Source of the DNA: an uncultured Nitrospiraceae bacterium
GTDB taxonomy: Bacteria > Nitrospirota > Nitrospiria > Nitrospirales > Nitrospiraceae
Direction: 5' to 3'
NCBI GenBank assembly: GCA_963846575.1
Contig: CAWJWJ010000001.1
Location: forward strand, 544,001-608,000
DNA length: 64,000 nt
Part shown: positions 48,961 through 58,189 of the stretch, piece after piece
Position numbering within the stretch: the stretch's first letter is position 1
Layout: each line of letters begins with the position of its first letter
The notes under the pieces: model-generated
Told to the model about the DNA's origin: nothing
Seen by the model: only the letters and a program-made list of their open reading frames with translations
The model's database searches: none
Translations under genes and position numbers: made by a program

Positions 48961-49659
48961 TCATGTCGTTCGGAGACGATACCCGAAACCCAATTCTGTC
49001 ACGAGGTGGCGAGGGCGGGAAGGATCGGCTTCAACTTTGCTCCTCAGTTGGCGTATAGACACGCGCAAATAGTGTCCTTCCTCCACACACGTCGGCCTCC
49101 AGACTTCTGTCAGCAACTGACGGTGGGTCATGACCTTTCCCGCCTGCCGGACCAGCGTAGCCAGAAGCTTGTACTCGGTTGGCGTGAGATGGATCTGCTT
49201 CCCGGAAGTAAACACCTGTCGACGGCCCAGATCAACGGTCAAGTCACCGAAGGTGCAGCTCCCCGCCGTGCCTTCTCCAGGGTGACGGGCGGCGTATCTG
49301 AGTGCTACCCGCATCCTGGCCAGCAGCTCGTCCACATTGAACGGCTTTGTGATGTAATCATCGGCGCCAAGATCAAGCGCTGCGCCTTCAGCCTGCTCCC
49401 GGTCGCTTGCGGAGAGCAACAGGATCGGCATGCTTGCCCATGCCCGAACCCGTCTCACAACCTCGGTGCTATTCATGTCAGGGAGGCCGAGGTCGAGCAG
49501 GATGAGGTCGGGATTGCGCAACCGGGCCTGCGCCAATCCTTCGGCGCCGGACGTCGCCTCGTACAGTCTGTATCCATAGGGCAGCAGGGCGGCACGAAGA
49601 ACCCGTCGGATTTCGACCTCGTCTGCGATGAGGAGCAGGCTGACGTCTTGCGCCGTCGT
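48961..49659 (-). CDS. kdpE: KdpE-like OmpR-family response regulator lacking a canonical start codon (possible pseudogene)
   Basis: The frame extends upstream of the TTG at 49536 as (ACG)AQDVSLLLIADEVEIRRVLR; PDLILLDLGLPD, GADDYITKPF, LTPTEY.LL, GYRL. Confidence 0.8.
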   Translation of the reverse strand, partial: TTAQDVSLLLIADEVEIRRVLRAALLPYGYRLYEATSGAEGLAQARLRNPDLILLDLGLPDMNSTEVVRRVRAWASMPILLLSASDREQAEGAALDLGADDYITKPFNVDELLARMRVALRYAARHPGEGTAGSCTFGDLTVDLGRRQVFTSGKQIHLTPTEYKLLATLVRQAGKVMTHRQLLTEVWRPTCVEEGHYLRVSIRQLRSKVEADPSRPRHLVTELGFGYRLRTT

Positions 49660-49680
49660 ACCCAGGCGCGCATACGCATC

Positions 49681-52392
49681 TCAGGTGGCCGCTCGATCAC
49701 GTTCGGTGCGTGCAGGCTCGACGGTTGGAGGATTGTCCTCCAGAGGGAGCGTCAGGCGAAACACTGCGCCTCCGCCCGGTCGTTCTTCCAGCCATATGCG
49801 TCCTCCGTGGGCTTCGATAATTCCCCGGCAGATCGTCAAGCCTAACCCCACACCTCCCTCCTGGTCTGGTTGAAGCTGATAAAACCTCTCGAAGATGTGT
49901 TGTTCCTCATCGGCGGATATTCCCAGGCCCCTGTCCGCCACCGCTATTTCCACCGCATTGTTCCTCAGCGCCACCCTGAGCTCGATGGAACTCCGCTGAG
50001 GGGCATACTTCGCGGCGTTTTCAAGAAGGTTGACGAGCACCTGCTCCATCAACACGACGTCGACCAGCATCAAGGGCAGGTCCTGGGGGAATGTCGGCAC
50101 CACCGGATGACCAGCGAGTCGCGTTGCCACTCGCCGCAGCGCGCCCTCGGCAATATCATCGAGCGCGGCCCATTCCTTTCGCAGCTGTATGGCCCCTGCT
50201 TCCAAGCGCGTCATATCCAACACATTCTTCAACAATCGATCCAAGCGACCGGCCTCGTGGCTGATGGAGCGAATCAGTTCCTGCCGGATTGCCGGCTCCA
50301 ACGGCCGATTCTCGTTCAAGAGATCACGACTGGCGCCGACGATCGCCGCAAGCGGCGTGCGAAGGTCGTGCGAGACCGAACTCAGCACGGCGTTGCGCAT
50401 GCGTTCCGTCTCGGTCTGTACGTGAGCCTCCTGGGTTTCCTCCGTCGATCGAGCTCGCTCGAACGCCAGAGCCACCTGATTGGCAAAGGTCTCCAGCAGA
50501 TGCAGCTGCTCCGGATCGAACAGATCGTTGCCCCGCGAGGATTGCACGGCCACGACGCCGACCGGTCCTTCCGAGCCAAGGAGCGGAAGGTACAGGGACT
50601 GAGATTCTGGCAGCGTGTTGGTACCCTGGCCGGCAGGCTCCTTGTGGTCGAAGACCCACTGTGAAATGCCGGCTTCCTTGGGATCCAGGTCGAAGTCGAG
50701 GGCATCGCCTCGATGCAGATGAACCTGCCCGTCCCGATCCGGAAGAAACACCGCCACCTGGCAGTGAAACACATCGTGAATATGGCGGGATGCCACAGAC
50801 GCCAGTTTGTCCACTCCCCGTTGAGTGATCAATTCTCTACTCATGGCGTAGAGCGCGGCGGTTCGTTGTTCACGAATCACGGCCGCCTCGGCCTGCTGGC
50901 TCTTATGGGATGCGAGCCGGCTGATCAGCAGGGCCACCACTAACATGACCCCAAACGTCAGGAGATACTGCACATCCGAGACACCGAAGGAGTAATAGGG
51001 CGGAATGAAAAAGAAGTCGAACGCCGCCACGCTCATCATGGAGGCCAGTGCGGAAGGTCCCCGTCCCCATCTCGTTGCGACGATAGCGACCCCCAACAGA
51101 TACACCATGATCAGGTTGGCAGGACCGAAGTGGGACGACATGATCCAGCTCAGCCCGGTGCAGGCCGAGACAACGACGGCTGTCAGCCAATACTGCCGCC
51201 GTCCGCTGGTTCGTTGCAGGAGCGCCGCCATCATCGGCCTGCCCGATCCCGCTTCACCGGTCATCACCGAGATGTCCATATCCCCGCTGCCGCGGACGAG
51301 ATCCTCCACCACTGAACCGAACAGCCATTCTTTCCAGCGGGAGCGAAGCGGCTTTCCGACGATGATCTTCGTGACGTTGCGGCTGCGTGCATACTCCAAC
51401 AACTGTCGACTGACGTCGTCGCCGGTCAACGTAACGGTCTCGGCACCCATGCGTTCGGCCAGCCGAAGCGTCTCGATGCCGCGGCTGCGCTCGACATCGG
51501 ACAGCCGAAGATGCTTGGAGGTCTGCACGTACACAGCGATCCATTTGGCATGCATCCCGGCGGCCAGCTTGCGCGCCGCGCGGATCAGCATCGGCCCGCG
51601 GGATTTCAGGTTCACGCAAACCATGACGGTATCCGCTGCCGGCCAGGTTGCCACCACGGCATGATCGCGCCGGTAGGCTTCCATTTGCTGGTCAACGCGT
51701 TCGGCGGTCCGGCGCAGAGCCATTTCCCGCAACGCAATCAGATTTCCTTTCCGGAAAAAGTTACGGCCGGCCTGGCGCGCCTGTTCCGGAAGGTGGACCT
51801 TCCCCTCTTTGAAGCGCTGCAACAAATCGTCGGGCGGCAAGTCGATCAGTTCGACATCGTCCGCCTGTTCAAGCACCGAATCCGGCACCGTGTCACCCAT
51901 CCGTATGCCGGTGATCTGCGCCACGGCGTCGTGCGAACATTCAAGATGTTGCACACTCATGGTGGTATAGACGGTGATACCGGCTTTCAGCACCTCCAGG
52001 ACATCCTGCCAGCGTTTCGGATGCCGGGAGCCCGGCGCATTGATATGCGCCAGCTCATCCATCAATAAAATCTCCGGACGCCGGGCCAGTGCCGCATCCA
52101 AATCCATATCGAAGAGCGTGGTTCCTCCGGAAACGACCTCACGGGGGGGCAGGACCGGCAGCCCATTGATCAGTGCCTCCGTCTCCGGGCGACCGTGAGT
52201 CTCCACCGAACCGATCACAACGTCGATGCCGTCTTCCTGCTGCTCATGTGCGGCCTGCAACATGGCGTAGGTTTTCCCCACACCGGCGGTTGCGCCAAAG
52301 AAGATTTTCAGCTTGCCTCGCACGCGTAGAGCTTTTTCGTGGTGCATCGTTACACGGTTCGCCGGATCGACGTTCTGGGAACTCGGAGTCAT
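49681..52392 (-). CDS. kdpD: Osmosensitive K+ sensor histidine kinase KdpD
   Basis: GKLKIFFG..AGVGKTYAML, DELAH.N.PGSRH.KRWQD, Usp domain, 4 TM, GAF, SHDLRTPL. Confidence 0.93.
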   Translation of the reverse strand: MTPSSQNVDPANRVTMHHEKALRVRGKLKIFFGATAGVGKTYAMLQAAHEQQEDGIDVVIGSVETHGRPETEALINGLPVLPPREVVSGGTTLFDMDLDAALARRPEILLMDELAHINAPGSRHPKRWQDVLEVLKAGITVYTTMSVQHLECSHDAVAQITGIRMGDTVPDSVLEQADDVELIDLPPDDLLQRFKEGKVHLPEQARQAGRNFFRKGNLIALREMALRRTAERVDQQMEAYRRDHAVVATWPAADTVMVCVNLKSRGPMLIRAARKLAAGMHAKWIAVYVQTSKHLRLSDVERSRGIETLRLAERMGAETVTLTGDDVSRQLLEYARSRNVTKIIVGKPLRSRWKEWLFGSVVEDLVRGSGDMDISVMTGEAGSGRPMMAALLQRTSGRRQYWLTAVVVSACTGLSWIMSSHFGPANLIMVYLLGVAIVATRWGRGPSALASMMSVAAFDFFFIPPYYSFGVSDVQYLLTFGVMLVVALLISRLASHKSQQAEAAVIREQRTAALYAMSRELITQRGVDKLASVASRHIHDVFHCQVAVFLPDRDGQVHLHRGDALDFDLDPKEAGISQWVFDHKEPAGQGTNTLPESQSLYLPLLGSEGPVGVVAVQSSRGNDLFDPEQLHLLETFANQVALAFERARSTEETQEAHVQTETERMRNAVLSSVSHDLRTPLAAIVGASRDLLNENRPLEPAIRQELIRSISHEAGRLDRLLKNVLDMTRLEAGAIQLRKEWAALDDIAEGALRRVATRLAGHPVVPTFPQDLPLMLVDVVLMEQVLVNLLENAAKYAPQRSSIELRVALRNNAVEIAVADRGLGISADEEQHIFERFYQLQPDQEGGVGLGLTICRGIIEAHGGRIWLEERPGGGAVFRLTLPLEDNPPTVEPARTERDRAAT

Positions 52393-52592
52393 CCGCAGAA
52401 GCGGGAGCCCTTGCTCACTACATGGTAATTCTATTGGGACCGTGCCGGACGGGTCAATGATGCCGGATCGCCCGGCGGGTTTTTATCGTAGCAGAGACGA
52501 AACAGATCCTCACCGGGATCAAGCCAGCATCGGTCGGACTGAAGGTCATGGCGAACGCGTCGGGCTGACGCGCGGGACGAAATCGTGGCGCG

Positions 52593-53078
52593 TTACTTGC
52601 CGGCTTCACCAAGAACGCACCAGAGGCGACGCATGCCGGACTTTTGGTCGGTGACGGCTTGACCGGAAAACAAACTGAGCTGCCAGGCCACGATGTCGTC
52701 TGTAGGATGAGGTGTGGCCGTCCAGTAAATGCTGGATTTGATATTGCGAAAGGGATGACCGGCGGGCAGGGAAGGATCCTGTTGGTCGAGATCGACGAGC
52801 GTCCGCATTTCGTCGATACTCGGCGGGCGCCACCCTTGCCGGCCGCCCACAGTTTTTGTGGCGCAACGACTCAGTGAACGATCCCATACCTCGAAGATGT
52901 AATCCGGTTCCCTCTCCCAGACCAGACCGCTGAGCGAATCCTTCACCGCTTCGCCGTCCAGCATCACGACGAAACGTGAACCGCCATCCTCGGCATGAAC
53001 CACGCCTAACAGGAGCAGGCTCCAAAGGAACAGAGGACCGACCGATGATCGCCAGACGGGCCGTAGGAGAGACATCAT
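52593..53078 (-). CDS. DUF1566 (Lcl C-terminal) exported protein
   Basis: V.D..SGLVW, GWR.P...E...L, YWTAT, WCV. Confidence 0.85.
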   Translation of the reverse strand: MMSLLRPVWRSSVGPLFLWSLLLLGVVHAEDGGSRFVVMLDGEAVKDSLSGLVWEREPDYIFEVWDRSLSRCATKTVGGRQGWRPPSIDEMRTLVDLDQQDPSLPAGHPFRNIKSSIYWTATPHPTDDIVAWQLSLFSGQAVTDQKSGMRRLWCVLGEAGK

Positions 53079-53137
53079 CCGGCAGTGTGCCCGATGTTCG
53101 ATGCCAATTCAAGGATGAGGGGCGGGCGCGCAGATGG

Positions 53138-53866
53138 CTACCAATCCAGCCGCCGGTATTGCCGCCGGAGGATCACCGCACCCCAGCAGAGCGCGACGAG
53201 CATGAGCGCGGTCCCGATGCTGTACGATGCCTGCGCCAGGCGGTGGTCGTGCGGCAACCAGCCCAGCATGGTGAGGAGATTGTTCCAGTCATGGGCATCG
53301 ACTTCCTGGCCGGTGAACCCGCCGAGAAGTATCAATTCCATTGCCCGGGCATCGTAAATATAGGGGGCAACATCCATGAAGTTTTCGGCTGCCCACCACA
53401 AGGCGACCGAGCCACCGAAAGGATCCCGGGTCTTGAACAGGAACGTCGCCAGACAGAGGAGCGGCATGAGGATCTGTCCGAGACTGCCGCCGAGGATCAT
53501 CATGAACCGGCCGAACGGCATGAACAACAGATGGCCGGCTTCATGGAAGGGCAGGTTCACGAGATGCAGAAACGACTCGCCCGTATAATTCGTCTCGAGC
53601 GGAGTGGTGATGAATTTCAGCCCCCACACCACCAACAACAGGAACACCAGGACGCGTCCACCGAAGTTGAACGGATGGACCGACGCCGGCACCGGGAGCA
53701 GCCATTCCCTGATGAAGGTCGGTCCTCCCGCTTGCTGAACCGCCGGATGACGCCGTCTCGACGCAGTCGACGGCGAAAAACTCACGAATTTGGAAAAAAT
53801 AATACCGCAGCGCATACACTCGATGCGGTCGTCGCCCTGTTCCCATTCGCACTTTGGACAACGCAT
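53138..53866 (-). CDS. Zinc-ribbon membrane protein with HEXXH (M50B-like putative peptidase)
   Basis: CPKC-x10-CMRC; PFHEAGH in TM context; HDW..LL. Confidence 0.75.
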   Translation of the reverse strand: MRCPKCEWEQGDDRIECMRCGIIFSKFVSFSPSTASRRRHPAVQQAGGPTFIREWLLPVPASVHPFNFGGRVLVFLLLVVWGLKFITTPLETNYTGESFLHLVNLPFHEAGHLLFMPFGRFMMILGGSLGQILMPLLCLATFLFKTRDPFGGSVALWWAAENFMDVAPYIYDARAMELILLGGFTGQEVDAHDWNNLLTMLGWLPHDHRLAQASYSIGTALMLVALCWGAVILRRQYRRLDW

Positions 53867-53869
53867 CGG

Positions 53870-54829
53870 TCAACGGAGCACGAATGGTTCCCAGGAGAAC
53901 GTCATCGCGAAAATGGCCAACGCGATCCATCCGACCAGCACGCGAGTACTGCCCAACTCACGACCGGGATTGAGGACCGGTGGATGGGCCAGCCCCATAA
54001 TCCCGACGAGCCCGACCCATAAGAACCATCCCTTCCAACCCAGCCAACCGAACAACATGAGGATCGGCACCAGGGCGACCGCCACACTGCGCTGTCTCGG
54101 TCCCCACAACGCGTAGGCGACGTGGCCGCCGTCGAGTTGGCCGATCGGAAGCAGATTGAGGGAGGTGATGAACAGCCCGAACCAGGCGGCAAATCCGATC
54201 GGATGAAGCACGACATCGGCCGTGGGCGAGAGTGGCCCGATGATAAGCCAGGACATGAACTGCAACAGCAGCGGTTCCCCGAGATGGAGACCATAACCGG
54301 TTTGGATCGGCACGACCGTCGATAAGCGGAGTCCCACCACCAGGGCGATGACCGCCACTACGAAGCCGGCAATCGGGCCGGCTACTCCGATATCGAACAA
54401 CGCCCGGCGGTCGGTCACAGGCCCCCGCATGCGAATAATGGCGCCGAACGTGCCGACGAAATGCGGCAACCCCGGCACGAACAAGGGCAACGAGGCCGGC
54501 ACGCCGTGCAGGCGTGACAGCACGTAGTGGCCCAATTCATGAGTGACGAGGATGCCCAGCAGGGTCGCGGCAAACGGAATGCCCAGCCATAACGCCAACG
54601 GATCGTCCACGAGAAAGGCCCAGGGACCAACCAGCGGATTCGTATTGGTCTGGTACGCGCCGGCCCACAGCACGGTGAAGACGGTCAAGAGGAACAGCAG
54701 CCCCGGCAGGATCCGATTGGAGAACCATCTCGGGGATTCTTCGGCCCATTCGTCCTCTTCTCCGGCATCGGGCGAAGCAGGATTCAGGTCATCCGGAGAC
54801 CGGCTCTGGTCCGACTCGTCACGGTGCAT
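53870..54829 (-). CDS. Site-2 protease (M50 family)
   Basis: HELGH, AGPIAG, NLLPIGQLDGGH. Confidence 0.92.
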   Translation of the reverse strand: MHRDESDQSRSPDDLNPASPDAGEEDEWAEESPRWFSNRILPGLLFLLTVFTVLWAGAYQTNTNPLVGPWAFLVDDPLALWLGIPFAATLLGILVTHELGHYVLSRLHGVPASLPLFVPGLPHFVGTFGAIIRMRGPVTDRRALFDIGVAGPIAGFVVAVIALVVGLRLSTVVPIQTGYGLHLGEPLLLQFMSWLIIGPLSPTADVVLHPIGFAAWFGLFITSLNLLPIGQLDGGHVAYALWGPRQRSVAVALVPILMLFGWLGWKGWFLWVGLVGIMGLAHPPVLNPGRELGSTRVLVGWIALAIFAMTFSWEPFVLR

Positions 54830-54843
54830 GGAGCGCCTCTGAC

Positions 54844-55680
54844 TTATGCGGCGAACGGATTATGGAGCAATTCTTCCCGCACGGTCGTCGCCGGCCCGTG
54901 GCCCGGGAAAAGCAGTGTATCCGGGGAAAGTGTCAGCACGCGCTGACGCACCGATGCAAGATGGGTCTCATAGAGCCCGGCAGGATTCGAACGGCCGATC
55001 GAACCGGCAAACAATGTATCGCCGACAAAACAGATTGGTGCGCCTGCCTGCTCCACCCGGTAGCAGATTCCTCCCGGCGTATGGCCTGGCGTCGTCACGA
55101 ATCGCACCGTCAACCCGCCGACCTGCAAGGTCTCACCATCCTGCGGCACAGACAGCAGGTGCTGCGAAGGGCACCAACTCAGGAGATCGAGATCGTCAGG
55201 CCCGATATACACCGGCACGGAACCGGCCTTGAGAATGTCCTCGATGCCCTCCGCATGGTCGGAATGGCCATGCGTGAGGCAAATCGCACGCAGCCGGAGA
55301 TTGCGTTGCGCCAGAAGGTGCTGCATCGCAGCCGCGTTGTAGGCGGTGTCCACCAGGATCGCGTCTCCTCGATCGTGAATGACATAGCCCTTCACCTCAT
55401 ACCCGCCGATCGAGCCCAGAACGGTCTCGACATGCGCCGTCGAGGAAGACACGGACTCCGGCGTCCAGCCAGCAGCGACTTGGCCCAACGGCTCCTCCCT
55501 CAAGCCGAGCGCACGGGCCACCGCCGGCAGCTGCTCTCGCTGGCGGGGAGATTGCCCCCGTTCCAACTCAGTCAGTTCGACTTCAGACAGTCCGCTCTCA
55601 CGCGCCACATCGGCCACCGAGCGCCGCTGCCCCGTCCTGGCCTTCTTCAGAATATCGCTCAGTTCGTCTTCAAGTGGCAT
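54844..55680 (-). CDS. MBL-fold metallo-hydrolase with N-terminal Xre-like HTH
   Basis: AR......VA..SGLS...L..LERG; THGHSDH, TPGHTPG, GDTLF, PGHG. Confidence 0.88.
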   Translation of the reverse strand: MPLEDELSDILKKARTGQRRSVADVARESGLSEVELTELERGQSPRQREQLPAVARALGLREEPLGQVAAGWTPESVSSSTAHVETVLGSIGGYEVKGYVIHDRGDAILVDTAYNAAAMQHLLAQRNLRLRAICLTHGHSDHAEGIEDILKAGSVPVYIGPDDLDLLSWCPSQHLLSVPQDGETLQVGGLTVRFVTTPGHTPGGICYRVEQAGAPICFVGDTLFAGSIGRSNPAGLYETHLASVRQRVLTLSPDTLLFPGHGPATTVREELLHNPFAA

Positions 55681-55724
55681 GGTCACCTATAGAGTTGCGC
55701 AGGACATTGACCGAGGAGACAGGT

Positions 55725-56228
55725 TCAGGCCTCATTGAGGCAGACCTCCCATGCCCGCACCATCGAGAGGTCCACGTCGATCAGGATCACGGAGCGCAAT
55801 GTCCGTGGAACGAACGCCTTGATTTCCCGCACCATCTTCTTCGCCGCATCGTGAGCAGGCACTCCGCCGACTCCGGTCCCCATCCCGGGAATCGCGATCG
55901 ATTCGTACGCTTGTTCATCGGCCAGCATGAGAGCCGCTCTGGTCGCCAATGCGACATTGTCTGCCGGAATGCGCATGGCGGGCTCCGGCATGGTCGGCGC
56001 GTGAATAATTCCTTTGAATGTTGTCTTTCCGCCTGTTGTCAGCACCGCCTGTCCCACGGCGATGGGCGCATTCGCCCGAGCCTGCGCCTCGACGTCCTGG
56101 CCTGCCGCGCGCCTGATCACTCCCGCCACACCCCCACCCATGACGCCATGACTGTTGGCGGCGTTCACGATGAGGTCAGCTTCGGCGTCAAGGATGCTAC
56201 CCTGGATCACAGACACCAACAGAGACAA
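55725..56228 (-). CDS. Macro domain protein (ADP-ribose binding/hydrolase)
   Basis: IVNAAN....GGGVAG.I, IIHA, PGMGTGVGG. Confidence 0.92.
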   Translation of the reverse strand: MSLLVSVIQGSILDAEADLIVNAANSHGVMGGGVAGVIRRAAGQDVEAQARANAPIAVGQAVLTTGGKTTFKGIIHAPTMPEPAMRIPADNVALATRAALMLADEQAYESIAIPGMGTGVGGVPAHDAAKKMVREIKAFVPRTLRSVILIDVDLSMVRAWEVCLNEA

Positions 56229-56261
56229 GGCTCACTCCGCGCACTGATTGCCACCGCCGAT

Positions 56262-56555
56262 TTAGCCTAGGCCGGCGATGACCCGTCGGTAGTCGTCTTC
56301 CGAAAACGTCTTCAGCGTCGTGGAACGGACACTCCCCAACGAGCCAATCTTGAGTCCAAAACCCGCCATTTTGTCGTCCGTCGGCATCTCAACCACGACC
56401 ACCAGATCATATTGTCCCATCGTGAGATAGAACGCTTTGACCTCGCCACCCATGTCCCTGGCGAGTTTCTTCACCCCATCCAAACGCTTGGGAGAATCCG
56501 CCACATTCTTGATTCCCTGGTCCGTCCAATTCAGGAGCATCAGATAGGTCATCAT
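56262..56555 (-). CDS. GYD domain protein
   Basis: Y..L..WT.QG, G.YD.V, TL..F. Confidence 0.85.
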   Translation of the reverse strand: MMTYLMLLNWTDQGIKNVADSPKRLDGVKKLARDMGGEVKAFYLTMGQYDLVVVVEMPTDDKMAGFGLKIGSLGSVRSTTLKTFSEDDYRRVIAGLG

Positions 56556-56674
56556 GGCTGCCTCCATATGTTACCAGTCAGATCGACGGTTGCATCGGCC
56601 CCCATCAGCGAGGGTCCTGGATCGGCTGTTCATCGTAGCGTATCTTCCATTCGAGCCCGCCCACGGCTCAATCT

Positions 56675-58189
56675 TCAGCTCTCCGGCGCCAACGTAATTT
56701 CCTTCACGTCCCCGAATCCCGCCAGTACCTTCGACAGGGCTTCACCGGAACCGACCGCCAGAATCCGCAATCGCTCCGGATTGAAATGGGCCTTGGCCGC
56801 GTTTTGAATGTCTTCCTTCGTCAGCTTGACCACCTTGTCGCGGATCTGCTGGAGCCAATCTCTCGGCAACCCGTCATATTCCAGATCCATCAGACGATTC
56901 ACGATGCTCGACGCGCTGGTGAACGAGAAGACGAACGAGTTCACATAGGCTTCCTTGGCTTCCTCCAGTTCGAGATCGGTCACCGGCTCATTCCGCATCC
57001 GTTCCATGTTGGCCACGAAGCGATTGACCACCTCCTGCGTCGAAGAGAGTTTGGTCTCGGCCCGCATGAGCCACACGCCTTGATCGTACACGCTGGCCCG
57101 CAGGCCGCTTCCCACGGAATAGGCCAGGCCGCGCTTCGTCCGCACGTCGTTGAATAGCCGGCTGCGGAAGGAACTGCCCCCCAGAATATCGTTGGCAATG
57201 GCCACGGCCACGTAGTCCGGATCGGTCTCTCTGATCGTCAGATGTCCCACCCGCAGGTGGGTCTGCGACGTGCCCTTGTTCACGAATCGCACGGCAGCGG
57301 TCTTGAAGTCGGCCGCCGGAACATCGGGAATCACGACCTCGGGCACCGCACCGTTGGCCCAATCGCCAAAGACTTCGCGCAGCAATTCCAACATGGAGGC
57401 CTTCTCGAAATCGCCCGTGATGCCCAGAATGATGCCGTTGGGGTGAACCGTCTGTTGGTGAAACCCCACGAGGTCTTCCCGCGTGATCGAGTCGATGGAC
57501 CGCACGGTGGTCTCTCGCGCGCTGGGATGCGTGCTACCGTAGAGGAGCTTGGCAAATTCCCGTCCGACGATCGAACCGGGACTGTCCTGACGGCGGCGAA
57601 CCCCTTCCAGCGACTGCAATTTCGCCAGCTCCACTCGACTCTGCTCGAAGGCCGGGCGGCGCAACAGATCGGCAAAGATCTGCATGCCGCGTTTCAGGTC
57701 CTTCTTCAGCACATCCAGCGAGGCGGAGCCGGACTCCCGGCCCATTCCGATCGACAGGTTGGCCGCTAACTGTTCGAGCTCTTCATCCACCTCTTCCGGG
57801 GACATTCGCGCCGATCCGCCGGTTCGCATCACCGCACCGGTCAGTCCGGCCAGGCCCACCTTCTCAGCCGGGTCCAGCCAGCTGCCGGTTCTGAGGGTGG
57901 CGTTCACGGTTACCAACGGCAATTCGTGATCTTCAAGAAGATAGACGACCATGCCATTGTCCAGCACGACCCGATCCGCGTCGGGCGGGTTGAAATCGAC
58001 CGTCGGGAAACGCATGGCGCGTGGATCCTTCAGCGCCAGGTCCGCCGCCAGCCCCGGCGCGATCTGTGTGACCAGCAACATCAGTATGGCCAGCAGCGAG
58101 ATGCCATTCATCTTCTTCAGCATGCCTGTGTCCCCTCCGACGGTCTCCTCACGTCTCATCAATGACATGTCGACATATTCACGGCTCAT
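56675..58189 (-). CDS. M16 (pitrilysin) family peptidase, non-catalytic subunit
   Basis: L.NG..V...ED.ELP; GLAGLTG replaces HXXEH; SRL...VR.KRGLAYSV; ATGA overlap with the upstream M16 gene. Confidence 0.88.
   Translation of the reverse strand: MSREYVDMSLMRREETVGGDTGMLKKMNGISLLAILMLLVTQIAPGLAADLALKDPRAMRFPTVDFNPPDADRVVLDNGMVVYLLEDHELPLVTVNATLRTGSWLDPAEKVGLAGLTGAVMRTGGSARMSPEEVDEELEQLAANLSIGMGRESGSASLDVLKKDLKRGMQIFADLLRRPAFEQSRVELAKLQSLEGVRRRQDSPGSIVGREFAKLLYGSTHPSARETTVRSIDSITREDLVGFHQQTVHPNGIILGITGDFEKASMLELLREVFGDWANGAVPEVVIPDVPAADFKTAAVRFVNKGTSQTHLRVGHLTIRETDPDYVAVAIANDILGGSSFRSRLFNDVRTKRGLAYSVGSGLRASVYDQGVWLMRAETKLSSTQEVVNRFVANMERMRNEPVTDLELEEAKEAYVNSFVFSFTSASSIVNRLMDLEYDGLPRDWLQQIRDKVVKLTKEDIQNAAKAHFNPERLRILAVGSGEALSKVLAGFGDVKEITLAPES

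Noticed and set aside
49640..49683. Selenocysteine recoding of the kdpD TGA
   Set aside because: Only a 5-bp stem follows, and the position is a linker with no Cys-equivalent role; insufficient support.
48712..49845. 377-aa plus-strand ORF
   Set aside because: Antisense to kdpE/kdpD, which carry clear family motifs.
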